DNA from: Chrysomallon squamiferum
Taxonomy: Eukaryota > Animalia > Mollusca
Assembly (NCBI GenBank): GCA_012295275.1
Contig: CM022673.1
Coordinates: 23,560,001 to 23,624,000 of the forward strand
Direction: 5' to 3'
Length of the DNA: 64,000 nt
Both the position numbers and the translations under genes were made by a program. Of this stretch, positions 44,801 through 64,000 are shown piece by piece. Every line of letters starts with the position of its first letter. Position 1 is the stretch's first letter. The notes below the pieces were generated by a model that worked only from the letters and a program-made list of their open reading frames with translations, had not been told where the DNA came from and searched no databases.

Positions 44801-47800
44801 TGTACTACACTGTTGATGTTTAGTTGAGATACTGTTATTTATATCAAATTGTACTACACTGTTGATGTTTAGTTGAGATACTGTTATTTATATCAAATTG
44901 TACTACACTGTTGATGTTTAGTTGAGATATTGTTATTTATATCAAACTGTACTACACTGTTGATGTTTAGTTGAGATATTGTTATTTATATCAAACTGTA
45001 CTACACTGTTGATGTTTAGGTGAAATATTGTTATTTATATCAAATTCCACTGGGTTGTTGATGTTCAGGTAAGACATTATTTGTATGATATCTTTGCAGG
45101 GTCACTGAAACATATAACAGTATTTTGTACACATCTGTATAAGATTTATAATATCACCGTTTTAAGTATTGTCATTTCATTCAGTTGATGTGCAAATGCC
45201 AGTAATTTACATTTATTCCACAATTTTAATAGTCCAGAGTAATGCATTGGTGTGTTAATCTATTTAATTATGCTGAAGTCACCAGTTAATGTTTTATTGG
45301 AAATTAGTGCATGCTGAAACATTTGCTGATGTAAATATTGTAGCCGTTTTGATGATGAGTGAACTATGTAGGGTTGAGGGGGAGACAACATTAATGATAC
45401 TGTGTTGTTTGATAATGATAGTTTGTATTTAGTTATTGTTCATTGTTTCTTTAAATTTGTTTGATTTGTATTATTATTGACATAGTTTGAAAAAAAAAAA
45501 GTCATTTTTAAAAAAATTTAATTTATATATAGTAATACTATAATAAAAATGTACATTTTTCAAATAGTCTCCAGATTTCACTATCTTTTTTTTTTGCATT
45601 CCTTACACAAAATACAATTAAAAATATGTAAAGGTGCCCAATAATAATATCCCAGACATGAGACAGCCTTGTGATTATGGTTACATTGTTAGTAAAAATG
45701 TGTTTAATTTCAGATTACTCATCCTGATGGAAAGGTTCTCAAGCTGGAGTGGGAGAGGGTTCGGATCTTTGATAAGGAAGTTGCTCAGATGTTTGTTAAC
45801 ATTATCAAAGCAGGAGATGGTGCAAGGTTTTCATAGTTTCTCTTTTTTTTTTTATTTAAATCCTTTTTATTGAAATTCAAACTGAGTGAAACATGTCATC
45901 TATAATTGACCAAAATGACAGTTACTAAATCATAATTATTTTGTTTATACTTTAAAATAAATTTTTAAATAAACTGTTTACTTTTGTCATTCAGAGTTTT
46001 GTCTGTTGTAAAGAAAGAGAAAACAAAAGCTCGTCCACAGGCTCTTAACACAGTGGAGTTACTTAGAATAGCCAGCTCAGGACTGGGTAAGTTTAACAAT
46101 GGAGACTTATAACAGATTAAAATGTTCACCAGCAACAAATGAGAAGTTTGTATATGAGATAAACATAAATTGTGTTGTTTTAATTTAGGAATGAGTCCCC
46201 ATCACACAATGCAGATAGCTGAGCGGCTGTACACCCAGGGCTACATAAGTTACCCTCGAACTGAAACAACCTCCTACCCTGAAAACTTTGACCTCAAGTA
46301 AGACATTATTATTGATGTTACTGAACCACTTTGTATTAACCATTAATGTCATGCTAGCCTGTGAATGAGACAGGAAATGGTGGAAATCCTAAACAAAATT
46401 TTTCATTTTTGTTATTACTGCTGCTAAATGTAACATGTTGTAGTTCAGTGATCTAAATTAAAAATAAGTTCAGTTGACAACATTTCCTTTAGAGTGATCT
46501 TTGGCTGTTTTATTTAGGTATATATATTTAATGTGTTACTATACACTGTACCACTTTCTGGCAACCTTTTAAACAGTTTACTCTTAGAACTTATGTATTT
46601 TCATGATAACTTAGACAGAAAAAAAACAACTGGTGTTTTTCAGGGGAACTCTCCGACAGCAGACATCCAGTCCAGACTGGGGCAGCTATGTCCAGGATCT
46701 TCTTGCAATGGGAATTCAGAAACCAAGGTACAGTTTGTTCTACTTTCTGTGATCACTTGTACAATTGTTTATGTGACTGACAGAGAATATAGTTGTTCAT
46801 GTGATAGATAAAATGAAAAGTGGAACCTGACTAAACCAAATTATCTTGGGACAGGACTGTGTCTGCAGTATAATGAGAATTTTCATTTTGTTAACATTTT
46901 AAAAATCAAGTTATTCCTAATTCAGATATTAGAACTGATCCAGACAGTGAATATATCCTGAAGTCAGAGTGCTAACAATTGCATTGGCAAAATTACATTT
47001 AACCATAAAAATATAAATGTATTAAAAGTATAATACATAAAAGAACTGTTTGTTTTTATATGCAGTAACAGTACACCATCATTTAGCTGCTGGTTATGAT
47101 TTTTTTCTTCTGTAATGAATATGCATATATTGTATGCATGATTATTAGTTCTCAGTTATATATTTGAGAAATGAGCTTGCTAAACAGCACTGTAGTTTTG
47201 TTTACTCGTGGAAATTGCTAAACATGAAAGAAACAATAAATCCCAATCTGATACTTGACTGTATACATTGTATGTCAGCATCTGTTTTGGATTGACATTT
47301 TGACATAAAAATTAATTTTGTCTCCAGGATTTTTTTTTCTATTAAGAATAAAAAGGTTTGGTGCAGAAAATCTAGTTTTTGAAATATTCTGGTTCTAGTT
47401 TATTTGCCATTTTCAAGCACTGAATACATAGGCAAACATTTTGTACCACAAAATCTGTCTGATTTTGCCAGAATCAGAAGTCTGTCCAAATAATTTTAAT
47501 TTTTTTTTTTGTTATCCTAAATATGAATCAGAATAATGATAATGATGCAAGATTAAAATTTCTGAATGAAAACATAATTATTATTATTTTTATTTATTTA
47601 TTATATATATATTTGATATGCTAATTCTGATGTACACATACCATGATAATTAAAAATTATTTTTTGGACACACAGTGATTCTTGTCAAAAATCAGCCAAA
47701 TTTTATGGTATCAGTTATTTGTGACCCAGAATTGTTTAGGTACTAGCAATTTTATTTTTGAAAATGTTTATCTCAGATTTTACCTTATTCCAGGAAGGGC

Positions 47801-50752
47801 AGTGATGCAGGGGACCATCCTCCAATAACACCAATGAAGGCAGCCACTGAAACAGTTCTTGATCATGATAGTTGGAGATTATATGATTACATAACCAGAC
47901 ATTTCATAGCTACTGTGAGTAAAAACTGACTTCACTTCAGTTTCTGTGATTATTTTAAAATGCTCTTTGAGAAATAATAAATTCAGTGAACATTTCATAG
48001 CCAGAGGTTACTAGACCCATTAAATAATTTGTACATTTTGTACTGTATAACAAAATATAAGATATTGTGTTTCAGCTCTCTCCAGACTGTACATATCTAC
48101 AGACAACAGTCTCATTTGAAATTGGGTCAGAGAAGTTTTCTTGTAGTGGGAAGACCCTGCTTGATCCAGGTTACACCACTGTCATGGTATGGCAGGCTAT
48201 TACAAGTGATGAGACTATGCCAGTGTTCAACAAGGAACAGACTCTGCCAGTCAACAGTGTGTGTATGCCCTTTACATAGTTGAATAACGTTCAGCACAAA
48301 CTAAAATACATATATTCATTTTTTTTCAAAACATGTATTGAAAGATATTACTAATATCTTGAGAATGTATTTAAACAAATGTCTGGTACATTTGTAGTGA
48401 ATATATATTGAAGGGAATTACTAACAATTTTTATGTACCTTTGATAAAGATGTATATTTCAATAAATTACTAATACCTTTATTAAGAACATATATTTAAA
48501 GAAATTATGAATATCCTTATTAAGAACATACTTTGAAACAAATCAATAATACTTAGAAGTAGACAAATAAACTTCATATTTTTTTTGTTCAGGTAAGACT
48601 GACAGAAAAACAGACAACACCTCCAGATTATCTCACCGAGTCAGAACTTATCACTCTGATGGAAAAACATGGCATTGGCACAGATGCTAGCATTCCTGTC
48701 CACATAAACAATATTTCAGAACGCAACTATGTCAACATTATTGCAGGAAGGAAGTTGAAGCCAACTCCACTTGGAATTGTTCTTGTACATGGATACCAGA
48801 AGGTTAGATCAAAACATTTCTAATAAACTCACTGTTTCAGTCTTGTCATAGTATTTTATAAACAATAGTGTATTTAAACCCTGCTTAATACTGTTAACCT
48901 TTTAAAATGGCCATTTCCTTCATTTACAGAGCATATCTTCATATTGAGGCTAATAAAAACAATTGTAGTCATTATTCTAAATTACCAAAACAAATTTACC
49001 ATTATCTAAGGTAATTGAAGGGAAAATTTATTATATACTTTTTTATTATTTTTATCAGAATTTTATAACTAAGTTTTATTTCAGATTGATGCAGATCTGG
49101 TTTTGCCAACAATGCGATCAGCAGTAGAACAGCAATTAAACCTAATAGCTGCAGGAAAGGCCGATTTTCATGCTGTCAAACAACATGCCCTAGACATCTT
49201 CCATCTGAAATTCTGCTATTTTGTAGAAAATATACAAGGAATGGATGAATTATTTGAAGTGACCTTCTCATCTTTAGCTGATAGTGGCCGTCCACTTTCA
49301 AGGTAATTGTATTTCATTAACAGATCTACAATAATCACTTTTCATTTACCCTGTATAAATTGAAATACCATTTAAAGCCAACATTGTATAAAGTGAATTG
49401 AAAATTTTTAATTTGTAACTTAATTTGACTAAAAGAACTGTGGTTTAAATTCTGATACCAGCTGGTCAGTTACCCATTTTGTTTACCCCTTCCAACTTTT
49501 TATTTATGTAGTGTATTGTTTTATAATCTGGAAATGTTCCTCAAAATGTAAAATTAGTTTATGTGATTTATTTTAGATGTGGAAAATGTCGAAGATTCAT
49601 GAAATTCATTCAGGCAAAGCCATGCAGACTTCACTGTCCAGCATGTGATGAAACCTACTCATTGCCACAAAATGGAAACATCAAACTTTATAAAGAAATT
49701 CGCTGTCCACTTGACGAGTTTGAGCTGCTTTTATGGACAACTGGCTCAAAAGGAAAGGTAATTAAATATCACCTTGGAGAAATGTCAACTCTGCTAATTA
49801 CTTGCATCTTTCTCACCAAATATAAATTATGTTCCCATGCAATTTCTTTGTTATAACTGGCTACATTAATTTTCAGAGCTATCCCCTTTGTCCCTACTGC
49901 TACAGTCACCCACCATTCAAGGACATGAGGAAGGGGATGGGTTGTAACGAGTGCACCCACCCAACATGCTCTCATGCTGTGGCACACAATGGTGTTGCTG
50001 AATGCATGGAGTGTGACAATGGCATTCTCATCTTAGATCAGTCGTCAGCACCAAAGTGGAGGATGGCGTGTAACAAGTAAGTAGTGGACATCTTGTTTTA
50101 CACAATCTCAGCAAGTACGAAATGTTTATGTATGCATCTTATAATGTTCTACACAACCTCAGCTAGTATGAAATGTTTATGTATGACCCATTAAATGTTT
50201 TTACAATATTCATTCACAGGTGCAATGTTGTTATAAATGTCTTTGAGAATGCTTCCAAGATCAACATTTGTGAGAGTTTTTGCAATGAATGTGGAGCCAA
50301 CCTGGTAGAAGTGGGTTACAAGGTAACTTTTAACATTTGTTTTAATCACAGGTAGCCAGATATATCGACACAAGATTGTTACAGTTTACACATCAAAACA
50401 AATAATAAGTCTTAACATTGTGTTGTACGAAACTAAATGCAAGTGTTTAAGTATACAGCATAACCTCCTACAGACTCTGTAACAGGCAATTAGAAAAAAT
50501 ACTTTTTTTTATTTATTACAGAACAAATCTCCATTTCCCGAGGAAGCTGAAGAACACTCAGGCTGCATCTTCTGTGACCCCGTGTTCAAACCTGTAGTAG
50601 AGAAACATCATGCTATTGCCATGTACAGTCACAGGGGACGAGGGGGCTCCAGAGGGCGTGGTGGAAGAGGCCGAGGAAGAGCAAGGGGTAGAGGCAGAGG
50701 CCGTAGTAAACCAAAAGACAAAATGGCGCAGTTAGCAGCTTACTTTGTGTAA
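40989..50752 (+). CDS. TOP3B: DNA topoisomerase 3-beta, 857 aa, 17 coding exons
   Basis: Exons 40989-41222, 42651-42728, 43110-43223, 43737-43904, 44101-44235, 45714-45826, 45995-46086, 46189-46297, 46644-46727, 47794-47914, 48076-48258, 48593-48802, 49085-49302, 49577-49757, 49877-50076, 50220-50322, 50522-50752 (2574 nt). [17 protein letters not shown] and [16 protein letters not shown], catalytic [11 protein letters not shown]4 zinc ribbons, RGG box, C-terminus [14 protein letters not shown]. Confidence 0.97.
41369..41875. repeat. (GT)n and long (ATT)n microsatellites in TOP3B intron 1
   Basis: (GT)n at about 41369-41411; interrupted (ATT)n at about 41751-41876. Confidence 0.95.
42430..42540 (+). 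mobile_element. SINE 3' remnant, same family as 800-1082
   Basis: gtggtctttatccacatgtccagtgccatataacttaaataaaatgtgttg is a reverse-complement homolog of about 829-879. Confidence 0.6.
43290..43736 (+). repeat. 29-bp array whose last unit is the TOP3B exon 4 acceptor
   Basis: agttgatgttctgttactagtataaaata repeats; final unit reads agttgatgttttgttacag|CAA. Confidence 0.92.
44213..45075 (+). repeat. 49-bp x18 array copying the TOP3B exon 5 end + donor
   Basis: True junction tactgggttattgatgttcag|gtgagatattgttatttatatcaaactg at 44235; last copy ends at 45068 (833 = 17 x 49). Confidence 0.95.
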
Positions 50753-50865
50753 TTAGTAGTTATAAACAGTTTAGTGAATGTTCAAATATTTAATTCATTA
50801 TGGATGTTTAAGGGGACATGCAATTTTTTGCCTAGGCTGTCCCCTAAAATATGGAAAGATCAACT

Positions 50866-50871
50866 AATAAA
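50866..50871 (+). terminator. Candidate TOP3B polyadenylation signal AATAAA
   Basis: First AATAAA about 115 nt after the stop, followed by U-rich sequence. Confidence 0.55.
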
Positions 50872-51616
50872 TTTTTGAAAACAATTGTTTTTACTGTATT
50901 TTCTCAGTCTGACTGTTCTGCATGCAGCCCTACATTTCCATTGTGTTTTTCTTAATATTTATCAATTTAATAATATTCTTGTCATTTTCCTTCTGATCAA
51001 AATTATGGTTACTTCTCTGAAAATGCTTTTCCATGTCAAAATGAAATCCGAGTGCCTTTTATTACGTTAACAATCTAAATGTATTCTACTTGGTATTATT
51101 TAGAACTGGTTATTTCAACACGACTGTTTCTGCATTTGTGACTCTTGGGCCCATACTTTGCACACAAATTCCATTCACACACAAATATGTTGGAATTGTA
51201 AAATAAAATAAACAACTCAACAAAACTAAAAAAAGAAAGTTCCACATTTGAAGACAGAATTGTAGTAAATAAAAAAACAAGTGCTGATGAAATATGGCCA
51301 GGTATCACAAACAAAATGGTAACACTATAACATGTCATTGCTATAACTGGTAGGTGAAATATTTTAGATACCAGCACAAAAACAAACAGTCATGAATCAG
51401 AATTTGTAATTGTGGTGTATTGTCTCAGCTACAGAGATGTGTAAGATATCTCCACTACAGTAAATGCTCATTTAAAAATGTCGGCAAAAATATTACATAC
51501 AAAAATTGTGTCTTTGGTGGAAACAAAGATAATTTTTGTTCTTATGTTAATAACAAAATATACAAATGATTCTTTTACATATTTATTTTCTTTTCATTCA
51601 AGTTCATGGTTTCATT

Positions 51617-54600
51617 TTACTCCTGTAAAAGAAAAGAAAATATATTTATACAAGTAAAACAAAATGTTATATCAGATTAACTATTGAGAAAAATGAATAA
51701 AATCATGTACACGAATTAGATGCTAATATTTAATGTCTTTACTGAAAGATTTGTAAAAATGTTTACCACTACTCGTGAAATCACTAAAGAGTAATTCATG
51801 TTTGAAATCATGCACAAATTCACGTCCCAAAGCTACACGTGTACATTATTTCTAACAATAGTGTAACCACAAAAATATTTCTGAAGTACAAATAATTTTT
51901 TTTTTTAAATGTCTTTCTTAGAAGTAAATTTTGTATAAAATGTCCTTTGTAATTTTTAAAATATTTTTTATTTTTAATTTTCAAAAGTACCTCTTGAATT
52001 TCTATTTCGCCACTGTCTATCTTCTCTATTATTGTGTGTGGATGGCTACGCTCAACTTGGCAACCTACTGACTGGGCTGTTCCTGAAAACAAATTATCAA
52101 AATTGTAAACTGCAACAACTAATAAAAAATATTCTGGTTTGTACCTGCACTAACTTTCAATATAAAAATCGAATATATCAATTCTAAACTTTCAGGATTA
52201 TCTTTTTTTTTAAATAGCAACTTTAGTATTATGTAAACATCAATACTAACAAAATATATTCAACCAAGTTCATAATTTACACTGAAACAAAAACCCATCT
52301 GACTAAAGTTCCTACCTAACACTTCTTTGACGGTGCCTGAGAAATGTTTAGCTAAACTTCTTGGCCGCATCTGCCTGGCAATTTTCTTGATTTCATCCAG
52401 TGTCAGATTTCCACTATGTTTAACTGAAATATACAAAATGTACAATTTTCAAGAACATTTCATTTTATTTTATCACATACCAGCTGGAGAAAAAAGAAAG
52501 TGATCTAAAAAAATTGTTTAAACAAAACTCACCATGTTTAACTTTCTTCCTGTCTCGAGGTGGTTCTTTCAGGGCTTTGATGATCAGAGAGGCTGCAGTT
52601 GGCACAACCTCCACCTTAGCTTGTCTGTTCTGTATGATCAATTTGACTGTGATCTTCAAACCCTTCCATTCAGCAGTTCCTTTAGATATATCATCTCCTA
52701 CCTTTTTTGGTGACTGAAATCAGAAGTTTTCAAATTTGTTTCAATTGTCAAATATTTTCATAATATATTTCAGTATCAGTTTACTGGATAAATGAATTTT
52801 CATTTACATTTAGTGAGGAATGTTGTCTCATTATACGGATCAAACAGAAAAATCTCTTGTTCAAATAATCCCAAAGAAAGAGGTACTAAATTATCTTTTC
52901 AACTTTGGTTTGGGCAGAATTAACTGATAAAATACTCACAAGACCAAGAGGACCAATTTTTGGAGCAAGTGATGATGTTGCCGGAACTTCACCACCAATA
53001 GCTCTCACACAGACTGGAAGAGAATAAACGAAAACATATATGATAAAATGAATAAAACTTATTTGTCTCTTTAAATTAAGAAATGGGGACCAGTGATCGG
53101 ATGTTTTACTGTTAATCTGCAAATGCAATAAATAGTTTGATTTCTGTAATTTAAATATTCTAAGTAAGAATCATTTTAGCATAAGGATACAAATATTATT
53201 GTTTACAGTGGAACATTTTTGTGCAGTGCATTACCATGGTATCAAATGTTTTAATATGCTTTGAAAAATCTTTTCCAATATTTTGAAGTGTTACATTTGT
53301 TAGCTGATTTGCGAGTAAATGGAAGACTGGCATATATTTTCTTTACTACACACATATGGAATTATTAAATCAATTTGTTTATAACAAACCAATCAGAAAA
53401 TTTGTTCACAAAGTTTGCATTTCACACCATACATATGTGTGAAAACCCATCAGAATGTGTAAAAATAGAGAATTTTGGTTTGTTTCATTTTATATTTAAT
53501 GTCAGAAGTTATAACAGTTTTTGTAAAATAATACTGATAAAATTGTGCTTTCCTCATCTATTAATAACAGGCTAAGTCAATGAATGTAAAAAATTGAACT
53601 GGTCTGGCCTACCTCAGCACTTCAACATAGAACAAGATGAATATACCCATATCAGTATATATCCACAGAATAGTATATATACTTTTTGCACCACCAAGAA
53701 ATGCAGAAGCTTGATAATCTAGAAATCTATCAACATTAACTTTAATAACCATCTTTATAATGTTGATTCCTATAAAATACACAAGTTAGCAGCATCTTTG
53801 ACAGAGATTGAGAAATGCCCACTTGTGTAAATGAAGTGAAACAGTATAACATTTTCAACATTGATAACAAAAAATCTGAGTGACTGGGAAAGCTGATCCA
53901 AAGTCTGATATATCCGAGTTATTTACTCATTTATATCTTCCTTAAAAATGTGTGACCATATTTAAGTGCATAGGAAATGTCCATGACCCCAAAATCAACA
54001 AAGCCAAGTTTTGAAAGTGCAAACACAATTGAGGCAGGATTGTTGAAGGACTGTGGGTACTGGATGGTATCTGCCATGAGACCCAACAAGTGTTCCTTGT
54101 GTCAGTGGAGATTAGAGATGGTGTAACTAAACAACATCAAAGAGCAGTAGGTCAGTCCAGCAAGTCACAATGTCACCGACTCACTGGCCAATTCCAAGAC
54201 CCTGCAAGACTGCATACATAGATATACCACACAATGAAATAAAATCTGGCCTAACTTTCTACAGATGGCTATTTTTTATTGACGGATCTTACCACACTGC
54301 ACTAAAAACATCAACATGTGGGATACAAAAAACCTGTTTTATTTAAATGTCCAAGATAGAAACACACAACACACACACACACACACACACAAAAAAATAA
54401 ATAAAAAATAAAAAATAAAAATTAAAATTTCTGGACTTTACACATACGAAATGTAAACTTAAGAAATTGTAATTAGGCCCAAACTTATTTATTTTCTACT
54501 TTTACTTGTGCGAAAATGTTCCGATTTTAATTTATGAATCATCATTCTGTCGACAAGACGTAGTCCTAAAGTGCAAGGATACCATTATAATTTACATTTG

Positions 54601-54819
54601 TTTCCTTTATAATTTTGTCTTTAACTTTATCCCCAGGTGACTTTCAAAGTACAATTCTGTTATAGTAAAACTATCGAATTAAGTTACCTGTTCCAAATCA
54701 ACTTGATGTAGAGGACTATGTTTACTTCCATACACGATACAGAAATTTCGGGAACGTAAATATGAATAAATTAACAGTGTACCTTCAAAAATCGCAGTTG
54801 GGTCAAACTTAGGAGGCAT
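51617..54819 (-). CDS. RPL12: 60S ribosomal protein L12 (uL11), 165 aa, 6 coding exons
   Basis: Exons (minus): 54819-54783, 53013-52940, 52713-52533, 52423-52316, 52082-51991, 51622-51617. MPPKFDP...[28 protein letters not shown]...[10 protein letters not shown]...[23 protein letters not shown] at 51587-51582. Confidence 0.97.
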
Positions 54820-54928
54820 GTTGTGCAAGATTCTAATTCAGACTTGATCTATTTGACGATGCTGGTGTTGGATGAGTCTAGATAGACACGACCAAAAAAA
54901 GTTGCACCACCACCGACAATGTGGGGAT

Positions 54929-54938
54929 GGAAAGAGGG
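54929..54938 (-). promoter_or_regulatory. TCT initiator / 5'TOP start of RPL12
   Basis: Minus strand CCCTCTTTCC fits YYC(+1)TTTYY with +1 at 54934, 115 nt upstream of the ATG; typical of ribosomal protein genes. Confidence 0.85.
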
Positions 54939-55132
54939 CACTAACGTGTTTCCGTTCAAGTGACGATAACTCTAACATTCTCGGAAGTATATGCAAATTC
55001 ACTTCTATTCGTCCGACTACGAACAGTTTTTTTTACGTCAATAGTTTTTCAAAGACGAATGAAATGTTTTTTGAGATTGAAATAGTTTAAGAGTCACTGG
55101 CTTAGGAATGTTGATTATAGTTTATTTTGTCA

Positions 55133-55190
<58 letters not shown>

Positions 55191-55441
55191 TGTACATTTT
55201 CTTCTTACGTTGACTGAATTAATACTAGATCATGGCACTAATTCATGTGATTAAAAAAAAGAAATGAAAAAGAAACAGATAAAAAAGATACAGTTAAACT
55301 ATTAAAATACTGTTAAGCTGTATAAAATACAGTAAATGTTTTATTTTATTTTATATACGCATTCCGCAGAAGAAGTCAATACTATCGCTATATATTATGT
55401 ATCACAATTATTTGTATATATCATCTTATATGTCACAACTA

Positions 55442-55491
<50 letters not shown>

Positions 55492-55547
55492 ACATATATA
55501 TATACATATATCACCAATGTCAGTATACATCACTTTATATATTACAG

Positions 55548-56093
55548 CAGTGGTTCTCACACTTGAAGCCTTACAAAAAATTGCGGGCACACTACACACA
55601 AAATGCTAAGAAATATAATGCAAAATGTAAAAAAGTACAGAAATAACTGAAAGAAGGATACTGCAGCTGAATCGGTTGCGGAGCAGGCTGCTGGTGTTGT
55701 CTTGGGTGAGAGATGTTCACTGATATATTTAGAGACACCGCCTTTGCTTTTAACAAATGTAATACTAAAATTCCATAAAATATTAAAGTTTTAGATGGGT
55801 AGTGACTGTGACAGTGATAGGAAAATGTGTGTCACAAGAAAACTTTGGCTATTTATCATACTTGCAAGCCCTATCACTCATACTGTCACAGGTAAACTAC
55901 TGCGCAGCCTTGAGCAGCCGCGCTTGCTCATCAGCCAAAACTCGCTTCGAACGAGTTTTCAACGTGTATAAAATCTTCTTCCGGGTATTCCTTACTGGAT
56001 ATCTTTTCGCTCTTAACATAATCAATTTTTAATCATCACACATATCTACCTAGATCCTAGAATTTCGTGGGGCACACCCTTTGAGAACCTCCG
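55548..56093. mobile_element. hAT (Charlie/Buster-like) non-autonomous element
   Basis: Imperfect TIRs CAGTGGTTCTCA...TTGAGAACCTCCG; flanking 8-mers TATTACAG and TGTTAGAG match 6 of 8, consistent with an aged 8-bp TSD. Confidence 0.7.
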
Positions 56094-56783
56094 TGTTAGA
56101 GCTACATATCAGTTTGTTTAACAAATAGTACTATCAGAATGTATCACGTAATATACCACGGTTACACTTTTTATGCCGCTACTATCACTTTATATCATAT
56201 TATATATCGCTACAATAAATATAAATGACTTTTATGTCATAACTATCATTATGTATCTCATGAAATTATTGTTACTGTATACCTTATATATCAGAACTAT
56301 TAGTACCATTTCAATTTCTGTATCACAGCTATTAACATATAATCACAAACAATTACTGTCACTATATATCTATTAAATTAATATTTATCACCTTATATAT
56401 CTCAAGTACATTTTATATCAGTTTGTATATCACAACTATCATTATGTATATCACTAATCTTATTATAAATGTATCATTATATATCACTCCTATTAATGTA
56501 TGTCAGTTGGTTTAGCAATAAATATCTGCCGCACCTTTTTTCACACATTTTTAGTTCGTCTTTTTAAAAGTGTTTTTGAGAAAATTGTATCTTTATATTC
56601 TGACACTATCATCCCAGCTATAAAATACTTTAAATTGATCTTATTTAAATACCACTAAAGAGTATTAATTGGTGGAAGTAGTAGTGATTATACTAGTAAG
56701 AGGAAATATAAACGGTATTTCCGCATTGTGACTTGAGGCTGTTAAAAGTGAATTTTGTTTTGTTCATCGTGTTTGTGACAGTC

Positions 56784-64000
<7,217 letters not shown>

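Noticed and set aside
51625-52940. Intronic snoRNAs in RPL12 (vertebrate RPL12 hosts an H/ACA snoRNA)
   Set aside because: Candidates lacked a proper C box (AUAAUGA) or a complete hairpin-H-hairpin-ACA layout; an Infernal/Rfam scan would be needed.

Overview
AT-rich, intron-rich animal genomic DNA, inferred to be a gastropod mollusc from SINE remnants and gene content. Six protein-coding genes were reconstructed by hand from GT-AG junctions and reading-frame continuity: SUPT5H/SPT5 (minus strand, 5' part, runs off the window start), nuclear receptor E78/NR1E (plus, complete, 468 aa), MCM9 (minus), TOP3B (plus, complete, 857 aa, head-to-head with MCM9), RPL12/uL11 (minus, complete, 165 aa, TCT/5'TOP start) and an EMI + 6 EGF-like + TM receptor of the MEGF10/Draper/SREC-like class (plus, runs off the window end). 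Mobile element remnants include two Tigger/pogo derivatives, a hAT derivative, a LINE 3' fragment and SINE pieces. The most striking pattern is that many introns carry their own private tandem repeat, and many of these units are copies of the adjacent splice junction (exon end + GT, or AG + exon start), often with the splice dinucleotide mutated in the copies. Other notable points: a 95-nt alternative donor inside a hairpin in RPL12 intron 1 that predicts an NMD isoform, a frameshifting unit in a coding VNTR of MCM9, a +1 frameshift in SPT5 (probably an assembly error), and a possible decayed Mab-21/cGAS-like fragment. No searches or computations were run; family assignments come from recognising translated motifs.
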